From assembly GCA_044376115.1 (NCBI GenBank), contig JBILLK010000029.1, positions 64,001 through 128,000 of the forward strand: a DNA stretch of 64,000 bases. The letters are read 5' to 3'. The stretch comes from Polyangiaceae bacterium (GTDB lineage Bacteria; Myxococcota_A; Polyangia; Polyangiales; Polyangiaceae). Shown one piece after another: positions 47,072 to 58,466 of the stretch. The stretch's first letter is position 1. Every line of letters begins with the position of its first letter. The notes beneath the pieces were generated by a model. The model worked only from the letters and a program-made list of their open reading frames with translations, was not told where the DNA came from and made no database searches. The position numbers and the translations under genes were made by a program.

Positions 47072-50000
47072 CTAGCCGCGGCCCAACACCAGCCCGGTAG
47101 CCGTCTTCTTCTTGCGCAGCTCCTCCGGCGTACAGGCCGCGACCAGCGTTCCGCCGCCGGTTCCGCCGCCCGGGCCAAGCTCAATCACCCAATCGGCCGC
47201 CGCGATCACCGAAGGGTGATGCTCGATCACTACCACGGTATCCCCGCGGTCCACCAGGTGGCCGAGCACGCCCATCAGCTTGGCCACGTCGCTCGTATGC
47301 AGGCCGGTGGTGGGCTCGTCCAGAAGGTAGAGCGTTGCACCCTGGCGCGAAGCCGAACCCAGCTCCGCGGCCAACTTCAGCCGCTGCGCCTCTCCGCCGG
47401 AGAGCGTGTGGGAGCCCTGCCCGAGCTTCAAGTAGCCAATACCGAGCTCGACCATGTACTCGAGCGGCCGGGCAATCTTCGAATGGGCGGCAAACACGCC
47501 CAACGCCTCTTCCGCCGATAGATCCAGCACGCCGCCAATCGAGTAGCCGGACCAGGTCAGCTCCAGCGCCGCCGCGTCGAAGCGTAGCCCATTGCAGGCC
47601 AAACAAGGCGTCACCACGTCGGGGAGGAAGCTCATCTCGTGCGAGACGCTGCCCTGCCCCTGACAAGCTTCGCAGCGCCCGCCGCTCGCCGTATTGAAGG
47701 AGAAATAGGCCGGCCCACGGCCGCGCATCTTGGCTTCCCTGTTGAGCGCGAACACCTTACGAATCGCGTCGTAGATACCTAAGTAGGTTGCCGGCACCGA
47801 GCGCGGCGTGCGACCGATCGGCGATTGGTCGACGAACAGCGCCCGCGCCAGCGACTTGGGCACCACAGCCTTGTCATGTGCGCCCGGCTTCTCGGTAACG
47901 AGCTTTTGCGCCTTGCGCACCGCTGGGCCCAAGATGCGCGTAACCAAGCTGCTCTTGCCCGAGCCGCTGACGCCGCACACCACCGTCAAGCGCCCCACGG
48001 GGAAGCTCACCTTGTCGATCTTGAGGTTGTTCTCGCGAGCCCCGAGGATGTCCACGGTCTCGGCCGGTTTGCCCACGAGCTTCTTGCGCGCGAGCGACGT
48101 CGCGGCCTCGGCGAAGGCGCGCGCAGTCGGCGAAGCTGGGTCGCGCAGCACCACGCTCGGTGCACCTTGCGCCATCACCCGCCCCCCACCAAAACCGCCG
48201 GTCGGCCCGAGATCGATCAGGTGGTCCGCCGCGCGGATCATCTCAGCGTCATGCTCGACCACCAGCACGGTGCTGCCCGCCTCTGCGAGCTTGCGTAGAT
48301 TACTAAGTAAAAGATGCGTATCCCGCGGGTGCAACCCGATCGTTGGTTCATCCAAGACGTAGAGCGCGCCGGTGAGACCGCTGCCCAACTGGGCGGCTAG
48401 CCGCAGCCGCTGCATCTCGCCGCCGGAGAGCGACCCGGCCGGCCGGTCCAGCGTCAGATAGCCAAGCCCCACCGACAAGACGAACTGCAGCCGACGCACG
48501 AGCTCGGCTTGTGGTGGCGCTGCGAGCTGCAGCTTCTGGCCGGTGAAGACCAACGCGCCGGCCCAGCGAGCCGCGCTCTCCAGATCCAGCTGCGCGACAT
48601 CGTGATAACGCCGCCCGGCCAAACGCTGAGCGCGCGGCAGCGGCGAGAGCCGCGAACCATCACAAGCCGAACACGGAGGGCTGTGCGGGTCCTCTTTATC
48701 CTCCTTACCGCAGCCCTCGCAAATAGCGCATTGACCCTGCTTGGTATTGAAGGAGAACCAGCGCGGATCGAGCTCGGGAATGCTGTCCCCGCAGGACGGG
48801 CAAACCCGCGCGGTGGAGATGCGACGCGGCAACGCCTTGCCCTTCGGTACCACGCGCACAGCGCCTTTGCCGAGCCGCAGCGCTTGCTCGAAGCGCGGGC
48901 GCTCGAGGCCGGACGCAAGCCCCTCGAACAAAACGAACTCGATCGTATGCTCTTCGCTCTTTTTCAGCTTGGGCGGCGGCTCAATCGCGCGACGCGTACC
49001 GTCGACGATGGCCTCGCTAACGCCTTGGAGGGCGGCCTCGACGAACAGATCGGCGTAGAGACCCTTTCGGCCCTCTACCGCTGGCGATAACAATGTAAAA
49101 GCGCCAACCGTAGCCCGCGCGTCCTCGAAGGCCGCATCGGAGCTGCGGGTCTCGATCGATACATCGCACTTGGGGCAGGTGGGCTCGCCAGCCTTGGCGT
49201 AGAGCAGCCGCAGATAATGCGCTATCTCGGTCACTGTCGCGACCGTCGAGTTGGCGCCAGTTCTTGTGGTGCGCTGCTCCAATGCAATCGGCGGCGGCAC
49301 GCCGAGCACCCGCTCGACGTTGGGCTTTTGCATCGTCGGTAGGAACTGCCGCGCATAGGGCGTCAGCGTCTCCAAGAAGCGACGCTGCCCTTCGGCGAAC
49401 ACCACATCGAAGGTGAGCGTGCTCTTGCCCGAACCGCTGGGGCCGGTCACCACGGTGACCTTGCCGTGCGGGATGTCCACGCTGACGTTCTTGAGGTTGT
49501 GCTCCCGCGCACCCTCCACCGAAATCACCGCCGGCAGCGGCGGCCGCTTTCGAACCGCGTGCGAGGCCGCCAAGCCACCGCCTTGCTCAGCCAAGGCCCG
49601 CGCTTCATCGAGCGAAACGCGCGTCTTTGTATTGGCCTCGAGCAGCTTGCTCGGTGGCCCTTCGAATACAAGCTTGCCGCCCTCTTTGCCGCCGCCCGGC
49701 CCCAGCTCGACAATCCAATCGGCCGCGGCGATCAGCGCCAAATCGTGATCCACCACCACCACGCTACCGCCGCCCTGAACCAGCGCGCGCAGCGCCGCGA
49801 CCACCGCCTTCACCTCGTCGGCGTGCAAGCCCGCGCTGGGCTCATCGAAGAGGAACAGCTGGTTCTGCTTGGACTCGGTGAGCGCGCGAGCGAGCTTCAA
49901 GCGCTGGGCCTCGCCGCCGGAGAGCGTTGAGAGCGGCTGGCCTAAGCTCAGATAGCCAAGCCCGAGTTTGGCCAGCGGCCCGAGCGCGCGAATGATCGCA

Positions 50001-52354
50001 GGGTCTGCGGCGAAGAAGCTCAGCGCCTCATCCACCGTCATCGCCAAGACGTCGGAAACTGATTTTTCTCGGTGGGTGATCTTGAGCACCTCGGGAGAGA
50101 AGCGCTTGCCCCCACACGAAGCGCAAACCAGCGTGACGTCGGCTAGGAACTGCATCTCCACCGTCTCCGAGCCCTCGCCCGAACAAGCGTCACAGCGGCC
50201 GCCCGCCACGTTGAAAGAGAAGTACGCCGGGCCAAACTTCATCGCCGCGGCGGCGGGCTCACTCGAGAACAACGTACGAATCCGACTCCACGCCGCCGAG
50301 TAGGTAGCGGCGTTGCCACGCGAGGTGCGCCCGAGCGGAGATTGGTCCACCAGCAAGACGCCTTTGAGCTCCTCGATACCGCTGATGCCTTCATGGGCGA
50401 GCGGAGGCTCCACGTCGGTCTCGCCCAGTTGACGCGCCACCGTGCGGTAAATCACCTGCTCCACCAGCGAGCTTTTGCCCGAGCCACTCGCGCCGGTGAC
50501 CAACACGAAGCGGTCGAGCGGCAGCTCTAGCGAGAGCCCGTCGAGGTTGTTGCCCCGGATGCGCTTGATGCCGAGGGAGCGCGCTTTGCCGGCGACGCGA
50601 GGAGTCGTGGCGGCGGGCGGTAATACAGCAGTAAGCGCGCGATAAGTCGCTGAGTTCGGGTCTCGCAGGAGCTCCTGCGGCGAGCCGTCGAACAATAGCT
50701 TCCCGCCGAGCGGGCCAGCCCCCGGACCAAGCTCGACGATGCGGTCGGCCGCGAGCAAGAAGGCAGGATCATGCTCGATCACGACCACCACGTTGCCGCG
50801 TTCACAGAGCTTCTGCGTGGCGCGCACGAGCGGCGCTACATCGCTCGCGTGCAGCCCGACTGTAGGCTCATCCAAGACGAACAGCGCCCCGGTCAGCGCG
50901 CTGCCTAGCGCCGCCGTGAGCGACACGCGCTGGGCCTCGCCGCCGGAGAGAGTGCGCGCTTGGCGATCGAGCGTGAGGTAGCCCAGCCCGACCTCGGCGA
51001 GATAGCCCAGCCGTGAACCGAGCTCGCGCGCCGCGATCTTTCCCTCCGCCGTACGCAGCTCCATACGCTCGAGCAGCGCGTGGGCCTCGCGCACCTCGAG
51101 CGCGTGGAACTGTCCGAGATCCAGCCCCGCGACGCGGTACAAAAGCGACTCAGCCGATAGCCGCTTACCGTGGCACACGGCGCACGGATCGTAGCTGCGA
51201 TAGCGCGATAAAAGCACGCGCACGTGCATCTTGTAGCTCTTGGTGAGCAGCCACTCGAACCACTTCTTTACGCCTGGATAGCGGCCCGCCGTCCAGCTCC
51301 CCTCGCCTTCGAGCACGCCCTTCTTCTGCGCCTCGCTGAGGCTGCTCCACGGCCGATTGGTGGGGATACCCTGTTTGGCGCAATACTTGAGTAGCGTCTT
51401 TCGCTCGTATTCGGAGGTCTTGCCGCTCCAAGCGCGGATCACACCGTCTTCAATCGACAGCGCATGATTGGGGATCACCTTGTCCCAGTCGATGCCCACC
51501 GTGCGACCAAAGCCGCGACATTCGGGACAAGCGCCGAGCGGCGATTGATAGGAGAACAGCGCTGGCGCGCCCGCGCGAAAGGCCTTGCTGCAGGAAGGAC
51601 AGGAGAGCCCAGCAGCAAACTTTATCGTCTTATCGCCATCGGCCAGGTGCACCTCCGCGGTGCGACTCTGCTTCCACGCCGACTCGATGGCCTCGGCCAG
51701 ACGGTTGCGCTCGCTGGGCGACGCCTTCACCCGGTCGGTCAGTACGCCGAGCAGGCCTTTGCCTTCCTCGAGCACGGCCGAGGGCGCCAGCGTATCCAAG
51801 TCACGCACCTGGCCGGCGACGCGCACACGCACATAACCGAGCGCGGTCAGACGTTCACGGGCGTCGAGGTAGAGCTCCGCGCTGTCGAGCCGCATCGGGT
51901 AGGTCACCACCACGCGCTGCCCCGGGTGCTCGCGGATCACCCGCTCGGCGGAGGCCAGGGGATCCATCCGCTCGGCATACACACCGCAATCGGTGCATAG
52001 CGGCATCGCCTCGCAGGCGTAGAGCGCCGAAAGGTAGGGCTCGAGATCGGCCATGGTGGCGACGTTGGAGCGCGAGCTGCGCACCGGCGCACGCCGGTCT
52101 ACGGCAACACCCGCGGCGATCGGATCGAGCGACTCCATCGGCGGGCGGTCCAAACGCTCGAGGAACTGCCGCGCATAAGGCGAGAAGCTCTCGACGAAAC
52201 GACGCTGACCTTCGGCGTACAGCGTATCGAGCGCGAGCGAGGATTTGCCGGCGCCGCTTGGCCCAGCCAGGACCACAAGCTGCCCTGGCTCCAAGGTCAG
52301 CGAGACGTCTTTGAGGTTGTGCGTGCGAGCCTTCAGCAGGCGAATCGGCAACAT
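47072..52354 (-). CDS. uvrA: Excinuclease ABC subunit A, double-length (tandem-fused) form
   Basis: Four Walker A motifs, four LSGGE signatures, two AEGQRRF segments, multiple CxxC zinc fingers; 1760 aa. Confidence 0.95.
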   Translation of the reverse strand: MLPIRLLKARTHNLKDVSLTLEPGQLVVLAGPSGAGKSSLALDTLYAEGQRRFVESFSPYARQFLERLDRPPMESLDPIAAGVAVDRRAPVRSSRSNVATMADLEPYLSALYACEAMPLCTDCGVYAERMDPLASAERVIREHPGQRVVVTYPMRLDSAELYLDARERLTALGYVRVRVAGQVRDLDTLAPSAVLEEGKGLLGVLTDRVKASPSERNRLAEAIESAWKQSRTAEVHLADGDKTIKFAAGLSCPSCSKAFRAGAPALFSYQSPLGACPECRGFGRTVGIDWDKVIPNHALSIEDGVIRAWSGKTSEYERKTLLKYCAKQGIPTNRPWSSLSEAQKKGVLEGEGSWTAGRYPGVKKWFEWLLTKSYKMHVRVLLSRYRSYDPCAVCHGKRLSAESLLYRVAGLDLGQFHALEVREAHALLERMELRTAEGKIAARELGSRLGYLAEVGLGYLTLDRQARTLSGGEAQRVSLTAALGSALTGALFVLDEPTVGLHASDVAPLVRATQKLCERGNVVVVIEHDPAFLLAADRIVELGPGAGPLGGKLLFDGSPQELLRDPNSATYRALTAVLPPAATTPRVAGKARSLGIKRIRGNNLDGLSLELPLDRFVLVTGASGSGKSSLVEQVIYRTVARQLGETDVEPPLAHEGISGIEELKGVLLVDQSPLGRTSRGNAATYSAAWSRIRTLFSSEPAAAAMKFGPAYFSFNVAGGRCDACSGEGSETVEMQFLADVTLVCASCGGKRFSPEVLKITHREKSVSDVLAMTVDEALSFFAADPAIIRALGPLAKLGLGYLSLGQPLSTLSGGEAQRLKLARALTESKQNQLFLFDEPSAGLHADEVKAVVAALRALVQGGGSVVVVDHDLALIAAADWIVELGPGGGKEGGKLVFEGPPSKLLEANTKTRVSLDEARALAEQGGGLAASHAVRKRPPLPAVISVEGAREHNLKNVSVDIPHGKVTVVTGPSGSGKSTLTFDVVFAEGQRRFLETLTPYARQFLPTMQKPNVERVLGVPPPIALEQRTTRTGANSTVATVTEIAHYLRLLYAKAGEPTCPKCDVSIETRSSDAAFEDARATVGAFTLLSPAVEGRKGLYADLFVEAALQGVSEAIVDGTRRAIEPPPKLKKSEEHTIEFVLFEGLASGLERPRFEQALRLGKGAVRVVPKGKALPRRISTARVCPSCGDSIPELDPRWFSFNTKQGQCAICEGCGKEDKEDPHSPPCSACDGSRLSPLPRAQRLAGRRYHDVAQLDLESAARWAGALVFTGQKLQLAAPPQAELVRRLQFVLSVGLGYLTLDRPAGSLSGGEMQRLRLAAQLGSGLTGALYVLDEPTIGLHPRDTHLLLSNLRKLAEAGSTVLVVEHDAEMIRAADHLIDLGPTGGFGGGRVMAQGAPSVVLRDPASPTARAFAEAATSLARKKLVGKPAETVDILGARENNLKIDKVSFPVGRLTVVCGVSGSGKSSLVTRILGPAVRKAQKLVTEKPGAHDKAVVPKSLARALFVDQSPIGRTPRSVPATYLGIYDAIRKVFALNREAKMRGRGPAYFSFNTASGGRCEACQGQGSVSHEMSFLPDVVTPCLACNGLRFDAAALELTWSGYSIGGVLDLSAEEALGVFAAHSKIARPLEYMVELGIGYLKLGQGSHTLSGGEAQRLKLAAELGSASRQGATLYLLDEPTTGLHTSDVAKLMGVLGHLVDRGDTVVVIEHHPSVIAAADWVIELGPGGGTGGGTLVAACTPEELRKKKTATGLVLGRG

Positions 52355-52365
52355 GGGATGGCCCT

Positions 52366-53967
52366 TTAGGGACGGAGCCCGAGATCGGCCAGGTATTGGT
52401 TGAGTAAGGTCAGATCATTGGCGTGACCGCGGGCATCCTCGAGCGTGATGGCGCGAGCCCGTACCAAGTCCGAAAGATGTCGCTCGAGCGGGATCATGCC
52501 GGTATCTCTCCCGGCCTGCATCGCCGAGCGCAAACCGCTGATCTTGCCTTCGCGAATCGAGGCCGCCACACCGGTGTTGACGCGCAGGATCTCCATCGCG
52601 AGCACGCGACCACCAGCGCCGTGGGCGCGCGGCACGAGACGTTGGGAGAGCACCGCGCGCAACGAGTCCGCCAACATCAAGCGGATCTGCCCTTGGCGCT
52701 CGGCTGGGTAGGTATCGATGATGCGCTCAATCGCAGCCGAGGCCGAACGAGCATGCAAACTCGAGAGCACCAAGTGCCCAGTTTCGGCGGCGGTCAGCGC
52801 CAAGTGGATACTCTCGGCGTCGCGCATCTCTCCGACCAGGATCACGTCCGGATCCTCGCGCAGCGCGTCGCGCAGCCCGCTCGGGAAGTCCTTCACGTCG
52901 CGACCGATCTGACGCTGCCTCACCAAGCTGCGCGGGCCAGGCTGGAGTACGTATTCGATCGGATCTTCGAGCGTGAGCAAGAGCACCGAACGGCGCGCCA
53001 GGATCTCGTGAATCAGTGCGGCCAAGGTCGTGCTCTTGCCGGCGCCGGTGGCGCCGGTCACGAGCACGAGCCCACTCGAAAGGTTGGCCAGGTCGTCGAT
53101 CGGCAGCGGTACCCACAGGTCCGATAAAACCGGTGTGCGGGCCGAGAGCAGGCGTATCGCAGCGGAGAAACCATTCGCCGAGCGATAGACGTTCATTCGC
53201 CCGCGTTGCCCACCCTCGAGCTCGAGCGAAAGATCCAGCGACGATTGGTGCCACAGCCGATCGAGCACCTCTTCTCCAAGCAGCGAGCGCAGCTGCTCGG
53301 AGAGCTGCACCGGCTGCGACGAGAGCTCCACCAAGCCGCCGTCCACGCGCGCCCGCGGCAGCTCTTGCTCGGCTAGGTGCACATCCGATGCGCCCAACCC
53401 GATCGCCCGCTGGACCAGCGCCATCAGCCCCTCGGCGAGCCGATAGGCGTTCTCGATCGGACGAAGCGGCGATTGCTCGCGGCTGGGAGTCGCGAGCCGC
53501 GGCTCGGCGGCGCGCTGCACCGCAGCCGATGAAAGGGTGGTACCGGCGTTGCGCGGGACGGTGGCGGTCGCGCTGGAGGTGGTTGTAGGCGCAGGCGCAT
53601 CGACGGCGGGCGAGGCGGCGACCGCGACGGCGGCGGCGCCGGCTGGCCGGCCCGGCTTCTTCTTCATCACCAGCACGTCGAAGGCGAAGTCGGCTCCCGG
53701 CCGTTTGGTGAGCGTCAGCGAATAAGCGCCGGTTCCGGCAACCTCATGGTCGATCTCGAGCCGACCGAGCCGCTCGAGTTGAGCCTTGCGCTGCGGATCC
53801 AAGAGCTCCCCCAAGAGCTCGACCAACGTCGAAGTCGAGGTGGCCGGGATGGTCAGCTTTTTGGGCGTACCGCTCGCCGCCATCGAAGGCGCGCGGTCAC
53901 TACCGAGCCGCAGCTCGTTTGCACCCTGCTGTTCGACGATGCGCAGAAGACTGTCGAGTTGAGGCAC
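52366..53967 (-). CDS. pilT: PilT/PilU-family type IV pilus retraction ATPase with extra N-terminal domain
   Basis: GATGAGKSTT, TLEDPIE, ALREDPD, GEMRD, AETGHLV.SSLH. Confidence 0.88.
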   Translation of the reverse strand: MPQLDSLLRIVEQQGANELRLGSDRAPSMAASGTPKKLTIPATSTSTLVELLGELLDPQRKAQLERLGRLEIDHEVAGTGAYSLTLTKRPGADFAFDVLVMKKKPGRPAGAAAVAVAASPAVDAPAPTTTSSATATVPRNAGTTLSSAAVQRAAEPRLATPSREQSPLRPIENAYRLAEGLMALVQRAIGLGASDVHLAEQELPRARVDGGLVELSSQPVQLSEQLRSLLGEEVLDRLWHQSSLDLSLELEGGQRGRMNVYRSANGFSAAIRLLSARTPVLSDLWVPLPIDDLANLSSGLVLVTGATGAGKSTTLAALIHEILARRSVLLLTLEDPIEYVLQPGPRSLVRQRQIGRDVKDFPSGLRDALREDPDVILVGEMRDAESIHLALTAAETGHLVLSSLHARSASAAIERIIDTYPAERQGQIRLMLADSLRAVLSQRLVPRAHGAGGRVLAMEILRVNTGVAASIREGKISGLRSAMQAGRDTGMIPLERHLSDLVRARAITLEDARGHANDLTLLNQYLADLGLRP

Positions 53968-54068
53968 CGGCTTTCTCGATCCCTCTTAACCCGCCGCGAC
54001 GCAAGTTGTTCCGACGCTGGCCTAGCCGCTTCCCGGCAGCCGCGAGCGTGACTATGGTGGCGTCCCCC

Positions 54069-54557
54069 GTGAGCAAAGACGACAAGAAGCCGCCGAAGAT
54101 TGTGCTGATCGCGCAGAACCGTCGCGCCGGCTTCGACTACGAGCTCATGGATAAGTTCGAGGCGGGTGTTTCGCTGCTCGGCACCGAAGTGAAGATGCTG
54201 CGCAACGGAAAGGCGGATCTTTCAGACGCTTGGGTCAGCCTCGAGAAGAGCGATGAGGCCTTTGCTCGCGGCATCAACATCCCGGTGCTCGAGGGCTCAC
54301 CCTTCTCCCACGAGCCGAAGCGAGCGCGCAAACTGCTGCTCCACAAGAAGGAGATCGAGCAGCTCAAGCGCGGGATCGAGCGCGAGGGCATGACGGTCAC
54401 CGTGACCAAGATCTACTTCAAGGGCAGTCATGTCAAAGCGGAGATCGCGCTGGCGCGCGGCAAGAAGTCGTATGACAAGCGCGAGACCCTCAAGCGCAAA
54501 GAGGCCGACAAAGAGGCTCGCAAAGCCCTCTCCGACGGCATGAGGAAAGGTCGATGA
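54069..54557 (+). CDS. smpB: SsrA-binding protein
   Basis: IAQNRRA.FDY, EAG..L.GTEVK, RKLLLHKKEI, RGKK.YDKR. Start could instead be ATG 54054. Confidence 0.97.
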   Translation: MSKDDKKPPKIVLIAQNRRAGFDYELMDKFEAGVSLLGTEVKMLRNGKADLSDAWVSLEKSDEAFARGINIPVLEGSPFSHEPKRARKLLLHKKEIEQLKRGIEREGMTVTVTKIYFKGSHVKAEIALARGKKSYDKRETLKRKEADKEARKALSDGMRKGR

Positions 54558-54862
54558 ACGAGCTCTTGGCGGTCAACTGGACGGGCGGTGGTAACGCCCA
54601 AATCACCGTGCTGAACGACGATCACATCACGCTGCTGACGACGCGCCCGTTCGCCCCGGGTTCGCGCCCGGAGGGCACCCTCGGTGCGTCGGCCTTGCGC
54701 ATGAAGACGGCGCGCTGCCGGTTGGCCAAGCCGGAGGAGCGCAGCGCCATGCCGGAGGGTGACCCGGTTTATCTGCTCGAGGGCCGTTTGCTCGATGCCA
54801 GCCGCGCCTTTCGCACCGCGATCAGTGATGCTCTCACTCCCAAGCCCAGCGAGCCCGTATGA
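54554..54862 (+). CDS. Hypothetical protein
   Basis: ATGA overlaps on both sides; typical codon bias. Confidence 0.75.
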   Translation: MNELLAVNWTGGGNAQITVLNDDHITLLTTRPFAPGSRPEGTLGASALRMKTARCRLAKPEERSAMPEGDPVYLLEGRLLDASRAFRTAISDALTPKPSEPV

Positions 54863-55410
54863 CCTTTTCGTTCAATGAAGCCGAGAGCTCCGTTTACGTT
54901 GAGACCGTCTCCAAAGGCATGCTGGCCAAGCTGGCGCATGATCTTCATATCGACGTAAAAGCCAGCTCCGTCGTCGCGGAGGGCGAAGCCAGCTTCAGCG
55001 CGCAGGTTCGCCCGGAAGACCTGACGGTGAAGGGCGTACGCAAGTCCGGCCGCGTGGATACGAGCGTGCTCTCCGCCTCGGATTTGAAGGACATTCACCA
55101 GAAGATCCGCAGCGAGGTCTTCCGCTCGCCGATTCAGGTGCGAGGCGAGGTCAGCCTTGGTGAGGCGCCCGACGGCGACGCCAAGCGCCGTTTGCCGATC
55201 CAGCTGAACCTCGAGCTTTCGGGCAAACGGATGAGCGCGCGTTTTGACGCTGAGTTCAGCTGGGAGGGCTCGAGCGTGGTTGCAAGCGGCAGCTTCCCCG
55301 TGCGGCTGCCGGCGCTGGGCATCGCTCCGCCGAAGGGGCCGATGGGCGCCTTCCGCGTGGATGACGACGTCACGGTGAAGTTCAAGCTGCGCTTCGACGT
55401 CACGGCCTAA
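54859..55410 (+). CDS. YceI-like protein
   Basis: G.L..LAHDL.I, beta-rich pattern, GIAPP....GAFRVDD.V.V.F.L. Confidence 0.75.
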   Translation: MTFSFNEAESSVYVETVSKGMLAKLAHDLHIDVKASSVVAEGEASFSAQVRPEDLTVKGVRKSGRVDTSVLSASDLKDIHQKIRSEVFRSPIQVRGEVSLGEAPDGDAKRRLPIQLNLELSGKRMSARFDAEFSWEGSSVVASGSFPVRLPALGIAPPKGPMGAFRVDDDVTVKFKLRFDVTA

Positions 55411-55433
55411 GGCGCCTTCTACGAGGCCGCAGG

Positions 55434-56909
55434 TCACTGCACGAGCAAGACCGCCGCTTCCAATAGCGTGTCGACCCCAGCGGCGAGGTCCTCGGGGTCG
55501 TACTCGAGCGGGAGGTCGGGCTCGACCGCGGTGCCCTCGAGCGGCTCATTTGTGTCGGCGTCCACGCACCGGTTGACGTCGTAGTTGAAGAACATTCCGG
55601 GCGGGCCCTCGAGCTCGAGCAAGCCGCCGGTTCCGCCATAAGCGCCCGCCGAGGCCTCCCCGACCAACGGCGTCGCCGTGGCCTTACGAATGGCGTACGG
55701 GAAGTAGTCGGCGGCGCTGTAGTCCAGCCCGTCCACGATCACAGCGACCTTCCCGGCGTAAGCGAACGGCCCGCCAGGCGTAACGTCGTAAATCGCATAG
55801 GGCTCATCGCTGAAGGCGGGCGGCTCCGACTGCGGGATACGCGAGGTGCAATACGATATAGCGGTAGGCGCGGCGCTGGGCATACCGCCCGCGATGGCCA
55901 AACCGACGAGCGAGATACCACCGTAATTTCCGCGCGCATCCCAGACCAGGCCGGGCGCCTGTTTGACGGTGTCGAACTCAGCGAGGATCGCCGCTTGGAA
56001 GTTGGCGATGAACTCCTCGTAGTCCTGTTGCGTCGGGTTCGGCGGGAGCATCGCGTCGATCGGGTAGAAGCGCGGCAAGCGAATGACGGCGATGCCGTCG
56101 GGTCGCAAGGTCGCCTCGGCATTGAAGTTCAGATCGCGACCGAGGGCGTCTTGGCAGCTGATCCATTCGCCGTTGCCGGCGGGTACTTCCACGGTCGTAG
56201 GCGCGCCGCCCCGAACGGGCTGCACGGTCAACTGCGCCCCGGTCGGGACGGTACCGAAGAAGGAAGCGGCCGCCGACGCGCGCGTTCCCGAAGCCGAAGG
56301 TGATACCACGCCGCACACCGGCCGGGCCGCTGCATATTCGAGGAGCGCCGGCCCGCTCACCGCGTCTACCGCGCTGACGAGGTCTCCGGCCTGCAAGCCT
56401 AATGGGTTATTCGGCTGGGCAAAGGTGACGACGATGGCGTCCCCGCGGACTCGACCACAGACGCCGAGACGCGAGGTATTTTGAATCGGCATCTGCTCCG
56501 AGTCACAGGCAAAGTCCTCCAAATAAACGCTTTGATGCCCTTGCTCGAGCGCGCGCTGGGCGGCCCGCATAGCAAGAAAGAAGACGCCATCACTGCCGTC
56601 CCCGGCCAAGATGGTGGCGCGGCCTTGCGCTTGGATGGCCGCTCGATCGAGCGACATAGACCAGGCCGTATTGTCTGCAACTTGCTCTACATAGCTATCG
56701 AGTGAAGCGGCCTGCTCGAGTTGACGCTCGCTGGGAGCGTTGCCGCCACCGCCGCTCGAGCTGGCTCCGCCGCCGCCCGAATCGGAGCCGCCACCACCTG
56801 CACCGCCCGAAGTCGCCGTAGCGCCTGTACCGCTGCTGCCGTCATCACCGCAGGCCAGCAGCTGGCCGACGCCGAGGAGTAGCGAGGAGACGCGGGCTCG
56901 AAGCTTCAT
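55434..56909 (-). CDS. S41 family peptidase, lipoprotein
   Basis: Lipobox LLAC; PDZ-like GLQAGDLV; DARGNYGG; YSAADYF; VGE.SAG; G..VEPD. Confidence 0.9.
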   Translation of the reverse strand: MKLRARVSSLLLGVGQLLACGDDGSSGTGATATSGGAGGGGSDSGGGGASSSGGGGNAPSERQLEQAASLDSYVEQVADNTAWSMSLDRAAIQAQGRATILAGDGSDGVFFLAMRAAQRALEQGHQSVYLEDFACDSEQMPIQNTSRLGVCGRVRGDAIVVTFAQPNNPLGLQAGDLVSAVDAVSGPALLEYAAARPVCGVVSPSASGTRASAAASFFGTVPTGAQLTVQPVRGGAPTTVEVPAGNGEWISCQDALGRDLNFNAEATLRPDGIAVIRLPRFYPIDAMLPPNPTQQDYEEFIANFQAAILAEFDTVKQAPGLVWDARGNYGGISLVGLAIAGGMPSAAPTAISYCTSRIPQSEPPAFSDEPYAIYDVTPGGPFAYAGKVAVIVDGLDYSAADYFPYAIRKATATPLVGEASAGAYGGTGGLLELEGPPGMFFNYDVNRCVDADTNEPLEGTAVEPDLPLEYDPEDLAAGVDTLLEAAVLLVQ

Positions 56910-57025
56910 CGCGTGGGTTTAGCACTGCGCGCGAGAAGCGCCGAAAGCGTTTTGAGCGTGTTAGCGAATTGTATCACATTGTTACGAACGCCGACCCGAT
57001 GCCGATTCACTGCTAGCCCAGGTGG

Positions 57026-57544
57026 ATGCGCTGTGTATCGATGCTCGTGCTCCTCCCGCTGACTGGCTGCACCTTCGTCAACGCCTCGGACGATAGCGAC
57101 GATGAAGACACAACCACGTTCACTGCCGAGGCAGTGCTGGAGTCGAACTCGTGCGGCAACGGTGCGCTCAACGTCGAGGAGACCGTGGCTCTGACGATTG
57201 ACCTTACGATCGAAGGTCATGACGTAATCTTCAGCGACGGCGAGCTGGAAGCAGAGGGCGAGCTCGAGGATGACGACGTCACGTTCGAGGCCGAGCAAAC
57301 GACCACGGTCGACCTACGTGACGCCGGCAGCACCCTGCCCGCCTGCTCGGTCCTGCGCACCGATACCATCAGCGGCGCGCTTGACTCGGCCAGCTCCAGC
57401 TCGGCCTTCGACGCCACCTGGCGCATCCGCTACGAAGCCACCGAAGGCTCCGATTGCAGCGATCTGCTCGAGGGCGACTCGCTGGTGTTCGAGGCCCTTC
57501 CCTGCAGCGTCCGCTACGACGTCACGGCGGAGGTGGAGGAGTAG
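57026..57544 (+). CDS. Hypothetical lipoprotein (paralog of 30265..30864)
   Basis: Lipobox LTGC; EATEGSDCSD; LPCSVRY. Confidence 0.8.
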   Translation: MRCVSMLVLLPLTGCTFVNASDDSDDEDTTTFTAEAVLESNSCGNGALNVEETVALTIDLTIEGHDVIFSDGELEAEGELEDDDVTFEAEQTTTVDLRDAGSTLPACSVLRTDTISGALDSASSSSAFDATWRIRYEATEGSDCSDLLEGDSLVFEALPCSVRYDVTAEVEE

Positions 57545-57596
57545 CGCCGCTCCCTGTGGCCGTGCAGCGCCGGAAGCGAGCGACTATCCTGGGGCG

Positions 57597-58436
57597 ATGC
57601 TTGTACAAGCGCGGTTACTATTGCGTGTGGGCCTTGGGATCGCCGTGGGCGCGCTCGGCTGCGATGACGGTGGAACTGCAGGCGGCGGACGTGGCGCGGG
57701 TGGGAGCGAAGGCGGCGGCGGGGCCGGCGCAAACTCGAGCAGCGGTGGGGCCCCGAGCAGCGGCGGGGCCCCGAGCAGCGGCGGGGCCCCGAGCAGCGGT
57801 GGGGGCGGCGGAAACGCCGAGCTGCCGCTGGGCGGTCCTGAGCCGTTTGCCGAGGGCTTGCTCACGTGCACTCAACTACCGCCCGACGCGCTCAACGCAT
57901 GGTGCTGCGAAGACTTTACGGCAGTGGCACCAAGCACGGCAAACGCAGTGATCGACCTCACCGAGCTACAGCTCGAGCGCGGGACCTGCGGGACCTACAT
58001 AACCGAAGATGGCTACAACGCGCTTCCACTGCCAAGCGACCTTGCGGCCTACCCACTGAAGATCAAGCTACCCGCCCAAAACGGCGCGGACCCCGCGTGC
58101 GAGCAAGCCTGCGGCGTTGCGGGGATACCGGCGCAAACGACCTTCGGCGTGACCTTCGAGCAGCCGGCGTTTGCCCTGTTCGATCAGGGCTTGATGCTCG
58201 CGATCTCGGTGCCACCGCCTTGGTACTTTGTCTCCGGCGGCTGCGGGAAAGGCTGCCCACATCCCTGCCTCGAGGGTTATCAGGAATACGGTGGAGCTCG
58301 CTCCTGTCTGACCATGTCGTTCCCAGGCGCCGTGGGCTTTGCCACCGATGATCCCGCGGCGCCTTCGGTCGAGGCGGTGCTTCACTTTGTGCCGTTCGCC
58401 GAGACTCCGCAGTTCTGTTGCGCGTTGGTCGAGTAG
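57597..58436 (+). CDS. Cys-rich lipoprotein with SSGGAP repeat linker
   Basis: Lipobox ALGC; Gly-rich linker; multiple Cys. Confidence 0.78.
   Translation: MLVQARLLLRVGLGIAVGALGCDDGGTAGGGRGAGGSEGGGGAGANSSSGGAPSSGGAPSSGGAPSSGGGGGNAELPLGGPEPFAEGLLTCTQLPPDALNAWCCEDFTAVAPSTANAVIDLTELQLERGTCGTYITEDGYNALPLPSDLAAYPLKIKLPAQNGADPACEQACGVAGIPAQTTFGVTFEQPAFALFDQGLMLAISVPPPWYFVSGGCGKGCPHPCLEGYQEYGGARSCLTMSFPGAVGFATDDPAAPSVEAVLHFVPFAETPQFCCALVE
57737..57804 (+). repeat. 18-bp tandem repeat (GAGCAGCGGYGGGGCCCC, about 3.7 copies)
   Basis: Directly visible; encodes SSGGAP. Confidence 0.9.
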
Positions 58437-58466
58437 GTAACGCGGGATCGCGGCGCGCAGAGCGGG

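Noticed and set aside
53919..54068. N-terminal extension of SmpB in the ORF track
   Set aside because: Overlaps the divergent pilT start; SmpB similarity begins near 54069. Similar over-long starts were trimmed for other genes.
53967..55434. Possible tmRNA (ssrA) next to smpB
   Set aside because: No intergenic space and no tRNA-like GGGG...CCACCA ends.
57737..57804. Tandem repeats as a possible CRISPR array
   Set aside because: No spacers; in-frame coding linker repeats; no cas genes. The same applies to the repeats near 18786, 60380-60430 and 63263-63292.
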